64,000 nt of DNA from Blepharisma stoltei ATCC 30299 (Eukaryota > Protista > Ciliophora): the NCBI GenBank assembly GCA_965603825.1, contig CBFDEM010000016.1, positions 372,001-436,000 of the forward strand, written 5' to 3'. The position numbers were made by a program, and so were the translations under genes. Positions 24,401 through 37,400 of this stretch are shown here, one piece after another (position 1 is the first letter of the stretch; the number at the start of each line of letters is the position of its first letter). The notes beneath the pieces were generated by a model, which was not told the DNA's origin, made no database searches, and saw only the letters and a program-made list of their open reading frames with translations.

Positions 24401-25262
24401 TTTTAAATACTAAGTCTAGATATGGGTATTCCCACCCATACAATTTTATGATTCTTATCCCCTCAATTAAGTTTGTAATAAGCTTGATTCTTGCATCACT
24501 ATGAACAGCAACTCTCAGCCTGAATTTCCCATTGATTTTTCCCAATGCATAAATTATAGGAAAGTGCAAAAGCACTATAATTAATCCTATAACTCCAGCT
24601 ACACCAATATAGAATCCCAAAATGAAAAAAGCTCCTATTAAAAGTGTAGGCACAGAAAACAGAGCGACAATTGCAACGACGCCTTCAAGAAATTCTAGTT
24701 CAGAAGCGATCACATTTTCTAGCTTGCCTTTTGAGTTTCCTTGCAATATTTGACTGCTTGAGAAGCCTAAAACTTTTTTATATATTAAGCATGGAACAAT
24801 TGATTTCACCTTCACTGTCAGCATGTAAATTTTAAAGCTGCAAAAACAAAATAAATAATAAGTCACCAATGCTGTACCAGCATATGCAATTACATAGCTA
24901 GCACCATCGTATCATTTTGAGTTGTTATCTCTTAAATATCTCACTAAGTAAATCACCAATACTGATTGGACAAGACCTAAATTATAAGAAACTATCCCTG
25001 GCACTGCATATTTGATTAGATCTCAGCCAATAACTTTTATAAGTGCTTTTAGGAAGCTAGGTCTTTGTTTTTTGAGTTCTTTTTCTCATTCATTTTCTAA
25101 TTTTTCTAAATCTTCGTCAAATCTAAGTCTTTTGGGAATTGAGACAAGATTAGAAGGAGTGGCTTTGTGTTTCTTATAAAATGATGCTACAGAATAAGCT
25201 CATGTCATGAAAAAATCATTAAAAACATTTCCTCTGTCATATGAGCATTGAAATTCCTCCAT
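21480..25262 (-). CDS. ABCC (MRP4-like, no TMD0) full ABC transporter, 1260 aa
   Basis: NBD1 GPVGCGKSS/LSGGQKAR/LLDDPLSAVD; NBD2 GRTGAGKSS/LSAGQKQL/MDEATA. Three track ORFs plus the N-terminus MEEFQC joined by TGA. Confidence 0.93.
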
Positions 25263-25892
25263 ATTTATAATTATACATTTGTTTGATTATACAACATGTG
25301 GAGTCAACATATTTTAATGCATAGCAATATAAGTTTTTATCTTGCACGAAGAATAATTTTTCAAGAGTTAAACTCGTTTGGTAATAAAGGCAAATCATAA
25401 TAATTCTTAATGATATTTGATCTTAAATATTAGAGAAAATTAATTTCAATTTATCCTTAAATAGATATCTAAAAGATGTCTTCAATTGCAGACAATTATA
25501 AGCTTGATAAAGATAGTTCAAGGGGTGGCAAATTTTGCTCACTCTTAAAATGGATAGTTAATAAATAAAGAATATCTAATCACACTAAATCTCAATATTG
25601 ATTAATCTAGTCAGGAAAAATACTTTTTTCCTGTCAGATGTATTTTTCCTAATCATTTCGTCATTTATAACGTACACTATAGATATATAGTTTTTACTAT
25701 AGTTAATTCTTAAATGGACGATGTCTTCTGATTTCTATATTCACAGTTCCATAATTTATAATACTCTGCAGATGCAAAAATTAATGCTAAAATACTACTT
25801 TTAAACAATAAATCAATTAAAATAGGGCAAATTTTCTCCAAATGCTGGTGACATAAATCTCTTATGAGACCCAGGTTAATAAAAGTCATAGT

Positions 25893-28800
25893 ATGGAGGA
25901 GCCTGAGTGCAAAATAGACAATGCCAATATTTTCAATGATCTTACACTTTCTTGGGCCTTTCCCCTAATAAAATTTTGGTTAAAGAGCACCCCAACTCCA
26001 AAAAACTTAATGGCCCTTCCAAAAAGGCTGAAATTTGAAGAGGACTTGGAGAAACTAGAAAAAGAATGAGAAAAAGAGTCAAAAAGCCCAAATCCAAGCT
26101 TTTTTAAGGCCCTGATGAGAGTAGTAGGTAAAGAGTTTATCAAAGCATCATGGCCAGGAGCTTTTTCTTATCTGCTTGGTCTGGTCCAAGCAATTTTAGT
26201 CATTTATCTAGTCAGATACATGAATGACGATAATACAGAGACCTATGTTGGAGGATTATATGTGCTGGCCTACGGGTGCACATCAATAGCTGTATATTAT
26301 TTGTTTTTCCTGTCAACACTTCGGTCTCAATTACTAGTCATTAAATTGAAGTCTATTGTTCCCTGCCTGATTTACAAAAGGTTTCTTACATTTTCTCATG
26401 CTGGGATCGCCAAGGGAAACTCCAGGGGCAAGATGGCCAATATAATTGCGTCAGAACTTGAGTTCATGGAGGGAATAGTGTCGACTATATCTCTTTTATC
26501 AACTCCTTTTTTCTTAGTCGGCGCTTTTCTTATTCTCGGCTTTTATGTTGGCCCAGCTGGTGTCATTGGGCTTATAGTCGTAATTTTGCATTTCCCACTT
26601 TCTTTGATATTTGGGGCTATGAGTGGTAAAGTTCGATTGAGAGCTGCCCAGCAAGGAGATGGCCGTGTAAAGATGATAACTAATCTGATAGAAGGGATCA
26701 GAATCATAAAACTCTATGGCTGGGAGCATCCATATTTAGACCTTATTTTCCAAAAAAGACAAGCTGAAATAAAGCAGCATTCAAATCGAGTCAAATATGG
26801 ATCAGGAAGTCGCTCGCTTGGAAATGGAGGAATTGGAATAATCCTATTTGTGACCTTTGTAATTTATGTAAATTTGGGCAATAACATGGATCCAGGAGTA
26901 GTATTTGCCACAGTCACGATTTTATCAATGACTCATAATATAATTTCCAACATTGGTGCATTCGGGATTTTGATGCTGGTTCTGTTTAGGACATCTATGA
27001 AGCGTATTAAAGACACGCTTTTGATTGATAAACACACTGAGCAGTCCTATGCAAACGATTCAAAGTACCCTATATCACTAAATCATGCCTGCTTTGCATG
27101 GGACAAGAAAACTATTGAAAAACAAAAAAATAAAACAGAGACCGGTGATATAGAGATGACTGAGTTGATTGATAATGGCAATTTGGTACTTAATGATATA
27201 CATTTTAAATTGAAAAAGGGAGAACTGCTAGTTGTTGTAGGACCGGTAGGGTGTGGTAAAAGCAGCTTATTTATGGGACTGCTGCAAGAAATTCCGTTAA
27301 TAACAGGGGATTTAGGAATTAATGGAAGTATTGCTTACTCTGGAGAAGATGCATGGATCATTTCAGGGACTATAAAAGAAAATGTTCTGATGGGCTTGGA
27401 ATATAACGATCTATGGTACAGACAAGTTATATCTGCCTGCTCTCTCGATCAAGACATCCAAAGTTTTACATTTGGCGATGAAACAGTTGTGGGCGACAGA
27501 GGCATCACTCTTAGTGGAGGCCAAAAAGCAAGAATAAGTTTAGCCAGAGCTGTATATACTAATCGAGACATTATCCTTTTGGATGACCCATTAAGTGCTG
27601 TTGACGCAGAAGTGAGTGAAATAATATTTAATCAATGCATAAAGTCTTTACTGAAAGAAAAAACTGTGATTTTAGCAACTCATCAAATTCATGTCCTAGC
27701 CAATGCTGACAAAATTCTTGTGCTCTCTGATGGCGGTCAAGTATTTTTTGGAGGATATGAAAAGCTGAAAGAAAGAGAATACATAAGTGATATCATTGGG
27801 GAATTATTTCACAAATCAGTAAAAGAAATAAGCCAAAGCCCAGAAGCTAAGCCAGCCTTAAGCGCAAAGCCAAAGGAGGTAAAAGACAAATTATCTATAG
27901 AAGAGGAAGAGCGAGCAGCAGGACAAGTCCCATTAAAAATTTATATCCGCTTTTTTAAATATGCTTTTAGAAGCTTATGAATACTACCAATTCTCCTCAT
28001 TTGCTTATTAATCCCTCAAGTGACTTATATAGCTGTTGTTTGGTGACTTGCTATATGGTCTAAAGCGTCAGATGATGATCAAGACAACGCGTATTATATT
28101 TATGTGCTAGCAATAATCGTGGTAGTTAATTACATCTTGGTCTTTTCAAGAGCTTATTCAATTGGAATAAGTATGCTTGCATCTTCTAAAAGAATTCACA
28201 ATGTAGCTCTAAAAGGAATCACTCTAGCAGAAAGTGTTTTTTTCGATAAAAACCCAACAGGAAGGATGCTGAATCGATTTTCCAAAGACACTGTCCTCAT
28301 GGATGAAATGCTGAACATATATTTCTATGAGCTTGTTAACAATTCATGCTCAATCATAGGAAATATTATAGTATTAGCCATTGTAGCACCTCCCAATTTG
28401 GCTGTTATTTTTGCTTTTATGGTGTATGTGTTTTTCCTAGTAAAAAAAGTCGCTCCGATTACTAAGGCTTTGAGAAGAATTGAATTGGTATCTAGAAGTC
28501 CAGTTCTTTCGCTTTGCAATGCTTCAGCACTTGGCTTGGTGACTATAAGAGCGCTCGGCTTAGAAGAAAAGTTTAAAAAAGATATGAAAAGCTCAGTAGT
28601 TTTTGCTTTGAAATCTTTATGTAGTTATGCGATAGCTGTACGATTTTATCAAGGATATTGCGAATTCGGAGCATTATTCGTAAATATCCTTAATGTTCTG
28701 ATTCTTGTGCTATATAAAGATAGTATAAACTCAGGGCTTGCTGCTATGAGTATTTCTCTTACAATTTCTGTAGCAGGTTTGGTCACATTTTGGTCGAAGT

Positions 28801-29675
28801 GCTTGGTGGAAACTGACAATTTTATGGCTTCACCGCAAAGATTGATAGAATACGCTGATATCCCGAATGAAGGAGATTATGAAACAGGAAAACCATTTAT
28901 AATAAATAAAGGCAGAATTGAAATCAGGGAATTGTATATGAAATATAGAGAAAATTATGAGCATGTTTTGCAAAATCTCTCTGTAACGATAGAAGAAGGC
29001 AAAAAAGTCGGAATTGTGGGCAGGACTGGTGCTGGAAAATCATCAATCATGCATGTGCTGTTTCGACTTGTCAATCCTTCGTCAGGAACAATATTTATTG
29101 ATGGACAAGATTATAGAAATGCTGGGTTGCATCAACTAAGAAAGCAAATGTCAGTCATTCCTCAATCCCCAACAATATTTTTAGCGAGCTTTAGGGATAA
29201 TCTTGATCCTTTCCATGAGCATACAGAAGAAGAAATATTGGACATTTTAAAACAAACAAGACTTTCTGATTTAGTAAAATCTTATCCTAAAGGACTTGAC
29301 ACAGTTTTAATTGGAGAAGGTGGGAATCTTTCAGCAGGACAAAAACAATTAGTATGCTTAGCAAGAGCCCTTATCAGAAAAAATAAAATTGTGATGATGG
29401 ACGAAGCTACTGCGAATGTGGACCCAGAAACTGATAAGTTCATTCAAAAGAAGATCAGAAAAATGTTTAAGGAGAGCACTATGCTTATCGTAGCTCACAG
29501 GCTGAGAACTATTATAGATGCTGATATGATTATTGTAATGAAAAAGGGCGCTTGCAAAGAATTTGGAACACCTTATGATTTGGGTCGAGATGAGACATCA
29601 TTGTTTAGAAAAATGATTACTTTTACAGGACCCCAAGAATCTCAGTATTTGCTCAGTAAATTGGAAAGAAATTAA
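25893..29675 (+). CDS. ABCC (MRP4-like) full ABC transporter, 1260 aa; paralogue of the divergently transcribed neighbour
   Basis: Same motifs; starts MEEPEC at 25893; continuous with TGA=Trp. Confidence 0.93.
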
Positions 29676-30606
29676 ATAAGGGATTTGATATTCAATAAAT
29701 TTCTATACAGTTAGTTTTGATTTGATAAATTTCCAAAATTTCTAAACTATTTTAAGCGGAGAATATGAAAGAAATTTAAATAACTATTATCTGAATATCT
29801 ATTATAATTTTAATGGAAATTAAAAATAAATTTAGTTTAAGAGCGCTTACCGTGATTTTAGCTTATTAACTTTCTGACAAATATGGTTTAAATATCCCAG
29901 GGAAAGTTTAAACGATGGGGTTGAGAATAAGTCTAAATTGTTGTTCTTTAGTTAGAAAGAATATTTGCTGCTAGCTGCTTATTATATTGAGTAAATCGAG
30001 TGGTTTCTTGCATAAGAAAATTTTAATTTTTGGTATTATAAGGAATTTACTTTTTTTTATCAAATTATAGGCTTAAAAGCCATAAAAACTCTTAAAAATA
30101 TTTAGTTTATTCGGCAATGATAATATTAATTAAAATAAACTGCACCCAATATTTGGCGTAAGAAAAGATGGCAAAGTGAAATTAAAAAATTAAGATTTAA
30201 GGTTGGCTTTAGATATGTCAAAAGATAAGTTATCACTGAAAATTCATGTAATGTTTCCATTTTCTATTGATTTTATATGGAATATAAAATCAATCATCCT
30301 TTCAGATATTAAATAAAATAAAATTTTATGGATTCATGAAGAATGCAAGAATTCAAAATAATGCTAAATTTGTTTAATGTAATTTAATTTCCTGAATTTA
30401 AATTATTTATATAGACTTCATTAATAGCTTCATTTAAATCAGTTAAAAATAATCAGTAATTTATATATACAGCAGCATGAATACTAAATAGAAAGGGTAA
30501 TTATTAATTTCTTTTTTAAAACTCTTAAGGGTAGCTATAAGCCATTTTCTAATCTTTATAAGTCATCCACATAGCATTTGTCATAATTTTGCTTGGTAAT
30601 AAAAAT

Positions 30607-33447
30607 ATGTTGAGAAGACCAGAAACTTGGGTTCTTTTGCTAACACTGGTGAGTTTAGCTTCTGCCTCTGCCAACTTCGAGACTCGACCTCTCAGTTCTG
30701 ATCTCCAATTCATCCCAAAGAGCCTTAATGAATTTCGTCAACAAGATAACTTATATAGTCCTCCAAGGGTCCACATGGAAATTGATGCAGAATCGTCAAA
30801 AACTGCACAATACCTTGATGTATTTAAGGCAACCTCCAAGACTCTCTCTGACCTGCTTCTTACCAAGCCTCTATCTGAGAAGATCATGCTTGGAGAGAAT
30901 GATCAATGCAGCGAAGTTTCATTGAGCCAAGCAATTAAAATTGAAGGAATCGCAGCGGATTTGGTCTTATTCGTAATCCCTCATAAAGAAAAGATGCACG
31001 CACAAATATGCGGGGGAAGCGGCCAAATGATCGAATCAGTTGCTTTGTACATCAATATCGAAAAATTAAACGAATTTGACAAGGCTAACCAAGTAAAGGT
31101 CTTGTGCAAAACAGTTATAAGGGCAATTTATGAAAAAGGATCAATTGAAAGAAAGCAGATGATGAAGGATATTGATGATTATCAAGTAGAACTCGGAGCA
31201 AACTGCCCTGCAAACTGCAGTAGCTGCTCTGATCCAAACTCTTGTGATACATGCAGCTCTGGGTATTGGCTTGCTGGAGATTCTTGTTTGCCTTGTGCAT
31301 CTCCTTGTCAAGCTTGCTATGGATCAGCTATCTCTTGTACTTCGTGTTTGCCTGGGTATTACTTATTTGGAAGTGATAACTCTTGTGAGCCTTGTGAAGA
31401 GCCATGCGCTACTTGTGCTATTTCAGCTTACTATTGCACTGGATGTGACACTGGCTATTTCTTAGATGATAATGACTGCTCTGCATGCAGTCCTCAATGC
31501 TATGCCTGCTCTGGATCTGCAACTACATGCACTGGCTGCCCAAGTGGGCAATTTTTGAACGGAAACTCTTGCCAAAACTGTATTTCTCCTTGTGCTACAT
31601 GCTCATCATCAACATTTTGCTTATCATGTGATAGCTCTGCTCTTGTTTTGAACAATGGAGTATGCAGCTGCATAGATCCAAATGCAGAATTGAACCCATC
31701 CGCAGACCAATGCCAATGCAAGTCAGGATACATTGAAGTCAACGGCGTGTGCACTATTTGTTTCTCTCCTTGCGCTACTTGCACCAATACAGGCGCATGC
31801 ACAAGCTGTTTATCAGGCTACTACTTGAGTGGAGCCAGTTGCCTTGCCTGCTCAGCCCAATGCACGACTTGTGTAACTTCTGCTAATACTTGCACGAGCT
31901 GCCCTTCAGGGTATTACCTTAACGGAAGCACTTGCTCTCAGTGTTCTTCAGGATGTGCTGAATGCACCAGCGCTACTTCTTGCCAAACTTGCTATGACCC
32001 AGCAGACACTTATAACACTGGTTCAGGTACCTGCAAATGCTCAGATCCAAACTCGTCTCTTGACGCATCAAACACTTGTGAATGCAACCCAGGATACATT
32101 GGCACTCCAGGAAACTGCATTGCAAACTGCACTCCTCAATGCGCTACCTGCTCTGGCTTCTATAATTGCTTAACTTGCAATGACCCTTCACATACCCATC
32201 TTTTCAATGGAGCTTGCACATGCGTTGACCAAAACTCCTCTTTCAATAACTCAACATTACTCTGTCAATGCAATCAAGGCTATTTTGGACAGCCTAACTC
32301 TTGTCAAGCCTGCAGCAATGGGTGTTTAACTTGCACTTCAACATCTAGCTGTTCAGCTTGCATCCAAGGAATGTCATTAGTCAATGGTGCATGTGTATGT
32401 CCTGCAAACTCAAATTGGTCAAGCTCCAGCAACTCATGTGTCTGCAACGCAGGATTTTACTTGGATAACTTTACAGGCCAATGCTACCAGTGTGGAGGAA
32501 ACTGCCAAACTTGTTCGAGCCAGTCTGTATGCACTTCCTGCATTGACTCAGTTCATGCCCAGCCTCCAGCTTGTGACTGCCCTTCTACATCGATAAATAC
32601 CAACGGAGTTTGTACTTGTGCAAGCGGAACTGTGTTTAACAACAACATTTGCTGTCCTTCTGATTGCAATACCTGTGATCAATCAGGAAACTGCACAGCA
32701 TGCAACAACCCAACTATGACAATTGTGAACAACGTCTGCTTATGTTCAGCTCATTCTTCTTTAGTCAACAATTTATGCGTTTGTGATACAGGATATTTCA
32801 TGGACACTAACAATGTCTGCCAACCTTGCCCGTCCGGATGTGCTACCTGCAGTAGTGATGGAGTCTGCTTATCCTGCACAGACCCTCATATGGTCTTAAG
32901 CTATCCAACTTGTGTTTGTCCAGCTTATTCATACATGTCAGGAAAATCTTGTGCATGTTTTGATGGCTTCTATTTCTCAACCCCAACACATTGCGCTTTG
33001 TGTGTCGAGCCATGCGCTACTTGTTCTGACCAATATACCTGCACTTCTTGCCAAGACCCTGCTCATATGAAATTAGTTGATGGTGGATGTGAATGTATTG
33101 CGGATGATGCAACTTTCGACCAAGGAGCTTGCATCTGCAATAAGGGATATTACTATGATGGACATAACGAATGCAAATCCTGCTCAGCTTTGCTGAATGT
33201 TCCTACTCTTTTGGAGTGTGTGAGAGAAAAGAGCTGCTTGTGCGCCTCAAAGGATTCGTTTTATGACGAAGTAACAGGAACTTGCCAATGCAATTCAGGA
33301 TTTTATCCAAGCAGCCAAAGTGAGTGCTCGGCTTGTAGTATCAGCTGTTTGGAGTGCTCAGATGCAAATACCTGTACAGCATGCGCTGAAGGGATGCTAT
33401 TAGAAGATGGAGCTTGCAAGACTGAGGAAGATGATATGAGGGATTAA
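30607..33447 (+). CDS. Secreted Cys-rich furin-like/EGF-repeat protein with an N-terminal degenerate leishmanolysin-like segment
   Basis: Signal peptide WVLLLTLVSLASASA; about 740 aa of CxxCxxxCxxC/CxCxxGYY repeats; no C-terminal TM. Confidence 0.85.
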   Translation: MLRRPETWVLLLTLVSLASASANFETRPLSSDLQFIPKSLNEFRQQDNLYSPPRVHMEIDAESSKTAQYLDVFKATSKTLSDLLLTKPLSEKIMLGENDQCSEVSLSQAIKIEGIAADLVLFVIPHKEKMHAQICGGSGQMIESVALYINIEKLNEFDKANQVKVLCKTVIRAIYEKGSIERKQMMKDIDDYQVELGANCPANCSSCSDPNSCDTCSSGYWLAGDSCLPCASPCQACYGSAISCTSCLPGYYLFGSDNSCEPCEEPCATCAISAYYCTGCDTGYFLDDNDCSACSPQCYACSGSATTCTGCPSGQFLNGNSCQNCISPCATCSSSTFCLSCDSSALVLNNGVCSCIDPNAELNPSADQCQCKSGYIEVNGVCTICFSPCATCTNTGACTSCLSGYYLSGASCLACSAQCTTCVTSANTCTSCPSGYYLNGSTCSQCSSGCAECTSATSCQTCYDPADTYNTGSGTCKCSDPNSSLDASNTCECNPGYIGTPGNCIANCTPQCATCSGFYNCLTCNDPSHTHLFNGACTCVDQNSSFNNSTLLCQCNQGYFGQPNSCQACSNGCLTCTSTSSCSACIQGMSLVNGACVCPANSNWSSSSNSCVCNAGFYLDNFTGQCYQCGGNCQTCSSQSVCTSCIDSVHAQPPACDCPSTSINTNGVCTCASGTVFNNNICCPSDCNTCDQSGNCTACNNPTMTIVNNVCLCSAHSSLVNNLCVCDTGYFMDTNNVCQPCPSGCATCSSDGVCLSCTDPHMVLSYPTCVCPAYSYMSGKSCACFDGFYFSTPTHCALCVEPCATCSDQYTCTSCQDPAHMKLVDGGCECIADDATFDQGACICNKGYYYDGHNECKSCSALLNVPTLLECVREKSCLCASKDSFYDEVTGTCQCNSGFYPSSQSECSACSISCLECSDANTCTACAEGMLLEDGACKTEEDDMRD

Positions 33448-33702
33448 AGACTTGCGGAGTTCGGCTTCGTTAAGCATTAAATAATCTCGACTTAAAAATA
33501 TGCTTAAATCATAAAATCTACGCCAAGATTGATTACTTATAAGAATAATTTAAAATTAAAAGCGGTTTTATTATATAATGTTTACAGATTGAAATGATAA
33601 GCAAATAAACTATAGCTATTAAGTTTATCTACACAGTAATGAATCAAAATTCAACTGTAAATACGCAATAGTTTTTATTTAAATTTAACTATATTTCTAA
33701 AT

Positions 33703-34275
33703 TTATCTTAAATAATCTTGGTTCATTTGCTGTGGGTAAGCCGGGTACATTGCAGGAGGGATTAAAGGCTGCTGGTAATTCTTCATTTTACCAGATAGCA
33801 GTCCAATTGTCTTGTTCGAATGAGCCATAGCAAAAAATGTAAGGACACAGCTTGAAATCAATAAAAGCCCCATAAATCCCAGTAAGATGGTAATAAACCA
33901 GCCAACGCCTTCTCCTAGACTACAGCTATCATTATGTTCACGGTCACAATCATAATTCAATATTTCATATAAAGCATATCCAAATAGTGAAATTGTTGTA
34001 ATTGTAAGTAGCACAAATCAAGTACAAATAATCATCAAAATTACGCTATAACACTCTAAGCTTGACTTATGATGAGATTTCGAGCTTCTATAGGCAAAAA
34101 ATGCAGCAATGAAATAAGGAGAATAAAGTAAGGCACATCAGAGAAATGCTTCTAGATGCCACGGAAAAAGTGAAAGTAGGAGATACAGCGCTCCAAAGGC
34201 TGCGAATCCAATTGCGTCTGCTTTTATTACTCCTCGAGATATATCTAAGTGCACGCTGTTAAGTTGATTTTCCAT
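33703..34275 (-). CDS. Hypothetical 4-TM membrane protein, 190 aa, Pro/Tyr/Gln-rich tail
   Basis: ATG 34275, 2 in-frame TGA, four hydrophobic helices, Cys pair in the loop (NYDCDREHNDSC). Confidence 0.7.
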
Positions 34276-34476
34276 TAATATATATATTTTAACAGATTTT
34301 AGTTTTTAGAATAAAAATCCGGTTCAGTAATTTAAGGTTTCTGCTAATATTTGACTATGAAATGCATAACTTATTGATTGTTATCAAAATTTGATTGAAT
34401 AATTACTTATAGATAAGCAGCTTACCTGAACCAAATTTAAGGTATTATTATAAAATATTAAAGATTAACTTGATAT

Positions 34477-37400
34477 CTAATTTACTGCTATAATTTTTTG
34501 CTGCTCATGACTTTCTTTCATTTTACTTAAAGAGACTTTTGATTTTTTGCCAAATGTGAATGCAAATTTGAAGAGCATACTAGTGTCTCTGGATTTCTGA
34601 CTAAATAAGAGACTTGGATATTTTTTAATTTGAACATAAAATCCAATAATTGCTAAAGCAATTCATCCAACTACCAAGATTATCAAAAATACATATGAAA
34701 TGCTTTGATCTTTCATTCAAATTGCAATTGTCGATCAAAAGCTTAGCCAGACAACTCCAACCAAGCTTAAGCCTTGCCACCAATTATATCTTCCATAATT
34801 ATATGGATGCACTTTAAATACAAACACTAGATAGCAAATCATAAGTAGGATAAATACAGCACCATGTGCAATATCCTGAGATCTTTTGAGAGTTTTATTT
34901 AAACCTATAAAAATTGATTGCACCACTGTTTTTACCATCAAAAATAGAGGGAGGGTTTTTACATGAAGCATAGGTTGAAGCTCTTGCCAAAGAGGCCTAC
35001 AAAAAACAGCTAAAGGCTCATAAGCAATTAAAGCAAAACATGATAAGATAGCATAGTATAAATGAGCATCTTTTCAACAGAAATAAAAGCAATCTGAAGC
35101 AAGAAAACTATCAGTGAAATCATCACTTATTGATTGATCACACACAAAAATATCAAGACAAACAGATACAAAAGGTATAAAGCAAAGATTTCCCAAAATC
35201 GGCATCAAAATATCCCCAAGCCATCCTAAAAATTTAAAGATTCATAAATATGACCATTTTTCGTCAAGTCTCAGCAAAACAACTATACATAGTATAACTC
35301 ATAAAGCAATTCCTCCAAAAACTACATCAACAACGATTCAAAAAATCCCATTTCTAAGCTTTATCACGTCCTCTAAATCCATCGAAAATATATTCCCTAT
35401 TGAATAAAAAAATGATCCAATTATTGAATAGTCAGGCCCCATATTTGAAAACTGTATAAATTCAATTGCGATGGTAGCCCCAACTACAAAATCTTGAAAG
35501 GAGATTTCTTGTTTTTCTTTGAGTTCTTCAATAGAGATGTTCCATCATTTTTTTCAAATGATAAAAGTTATAGCAGCTGTCATCAAACATACAGTTATGC
35601 AAATTCCAAATAGGAGTCCTCTTCCTTTATTAAAAGTTTTCACAAGTTTATCAGGAAATGGACATTTATCTAGCTCATTTCTTAAGTCTGTTGGCTTTAT
35701 TGTTGAACCATCTGAATATATTAAAGGGTTTGCATAAGAGATCACTTGTGTCCCAAATGGGTATAAATTTCCAACCAAATAAATATATGGAATTCTATTA
35801 TTATCTAGTTTAATCGCTTCAATATAAAAAAAATCAAAATTTCTATCATTAGTTCCTTTACTGATACTAACAGGTCCAGTGCAGCCAATAAATTTTGTAT
35901 TTCTAAGGGTAGCCATTAATTTATAAGGATCTGAATAATCTAAGCCTCTATTGATCATGAAATCTAGTGCATTCGCAGCAATTAGTGTAGAGTCATAATA
36001 GCAGCACCCAAATGTATTTGGTATTGATATATTATACTTTAATGAAATTTCACTACGTGCTCTTTTGCCTATATTTCCTACTCAATAAGGCACACTAAGT
36101 CTCATCATAGCAACCCCAAGTTCTGCTCTTTTATACATATATTCATCTTTAGTAGAGATTCAGTTTAAAACATCACCAGTCCCTGCTAAAAAGATGACAT
36201 CTTTATTCTTCAACCCCAAATCATAAAAGAGTTCTATGGCATAATTGCAGAGCGGACATAAAAGTAATAAAGCGACCATCCTTGCCTGAGAATCTACTAT
36301 TGCTTGAAATACGTCTATGTAGTCCTTTACGGTGTCTCTATCAAGATTTCCAGGAATATGTCTCAAGCTTTCTGGGTTTATTATTTCTAATCCTACTTGT
36401 TTTGCGGTTGAGTCTAATGTTTTATAAACTCCTTCCCCTCATAAACTATTTTCATAAATAACAGCTATTTTTTTCCATCCTAAAGAATAAAGCAGCATTG
36501 ATCATTTACTATACATAAGAGGGTTAAACATTCTTACATAGAAAGGAAATATCTGAATCGAGCTTAAGCTGCCATCTCCATTTACACCTCCAATGCTTGG
36601 AATTGTAGCATTAAGGTATGTAAAAGTTTTATATTGGCCAATAGCTACAGAAGATCCAAAAGCTGTAAGATGTGCGTGTCCTAGCTTATCAATGTCTTTG
36701 CTGTAGCAAGCTCTTGCAAAGGTTGCGTTAAAAATTGACACTCCACAGTCGAAGTTAAAAAAATCGATCTGAAAGTTTGCTAAAATTTCACCATTTACAT
36801 TGATTTCATCTTGCGCTGCAAAGGCGCCCATTGCTGCCAGCTTTGTAGTGTCACTGCTGGAGCCGCCTGGATTTGTTGTTCCTGCTGTGATACTTAAATG
36901 GAGAATTTTTTTGGCTGAGTCTGGAATAGAATTTGTGTTTCCTGGAAATATTAGGTTTCCAAATATTTGAATATTTCTATTTACAATTGAGCCGACTATA
37001 ATTCTTTTTTGGTTTTGTATATTTACAATCGAAAAATTGTTGCGTTTATAATGATTTGGCAGCTCAGTATCCAATAGCTTGAGAAGCTCCTTGTAATTTT
37101 CAATTTTGTGATCCAATATAACGCTAATTATATTTTTTATAGAAGTTTTAAAATACTCTTCAGAAGATTCAATAGATTCCATGCCAATTTCAGTAATAAT
37201 TAACGACCCATCGACGCTGCAATTATATCCACTTTCTTGGTTTAACAAAATACCGCTTCCTTTTTGCAATAATTTTGAATTGCTTAAAGCATTTTGTATT
37301 TTCTGTGACTCTAAAGAGCTTGTCCAAAGGTAATAAAGAGTAGCACCCATCCTTACAACTGATTGACTTATCAGATCTTCAATGTTCGTTAATGAGTCAA

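Noticed and set aside
29676-30606. Long AT-rich intergenic region as an IES or transposon
   Set aside because: No terminal inverted repeats or transposase remnant seen; an IES cannot be called without a MIC/MAC comparison.
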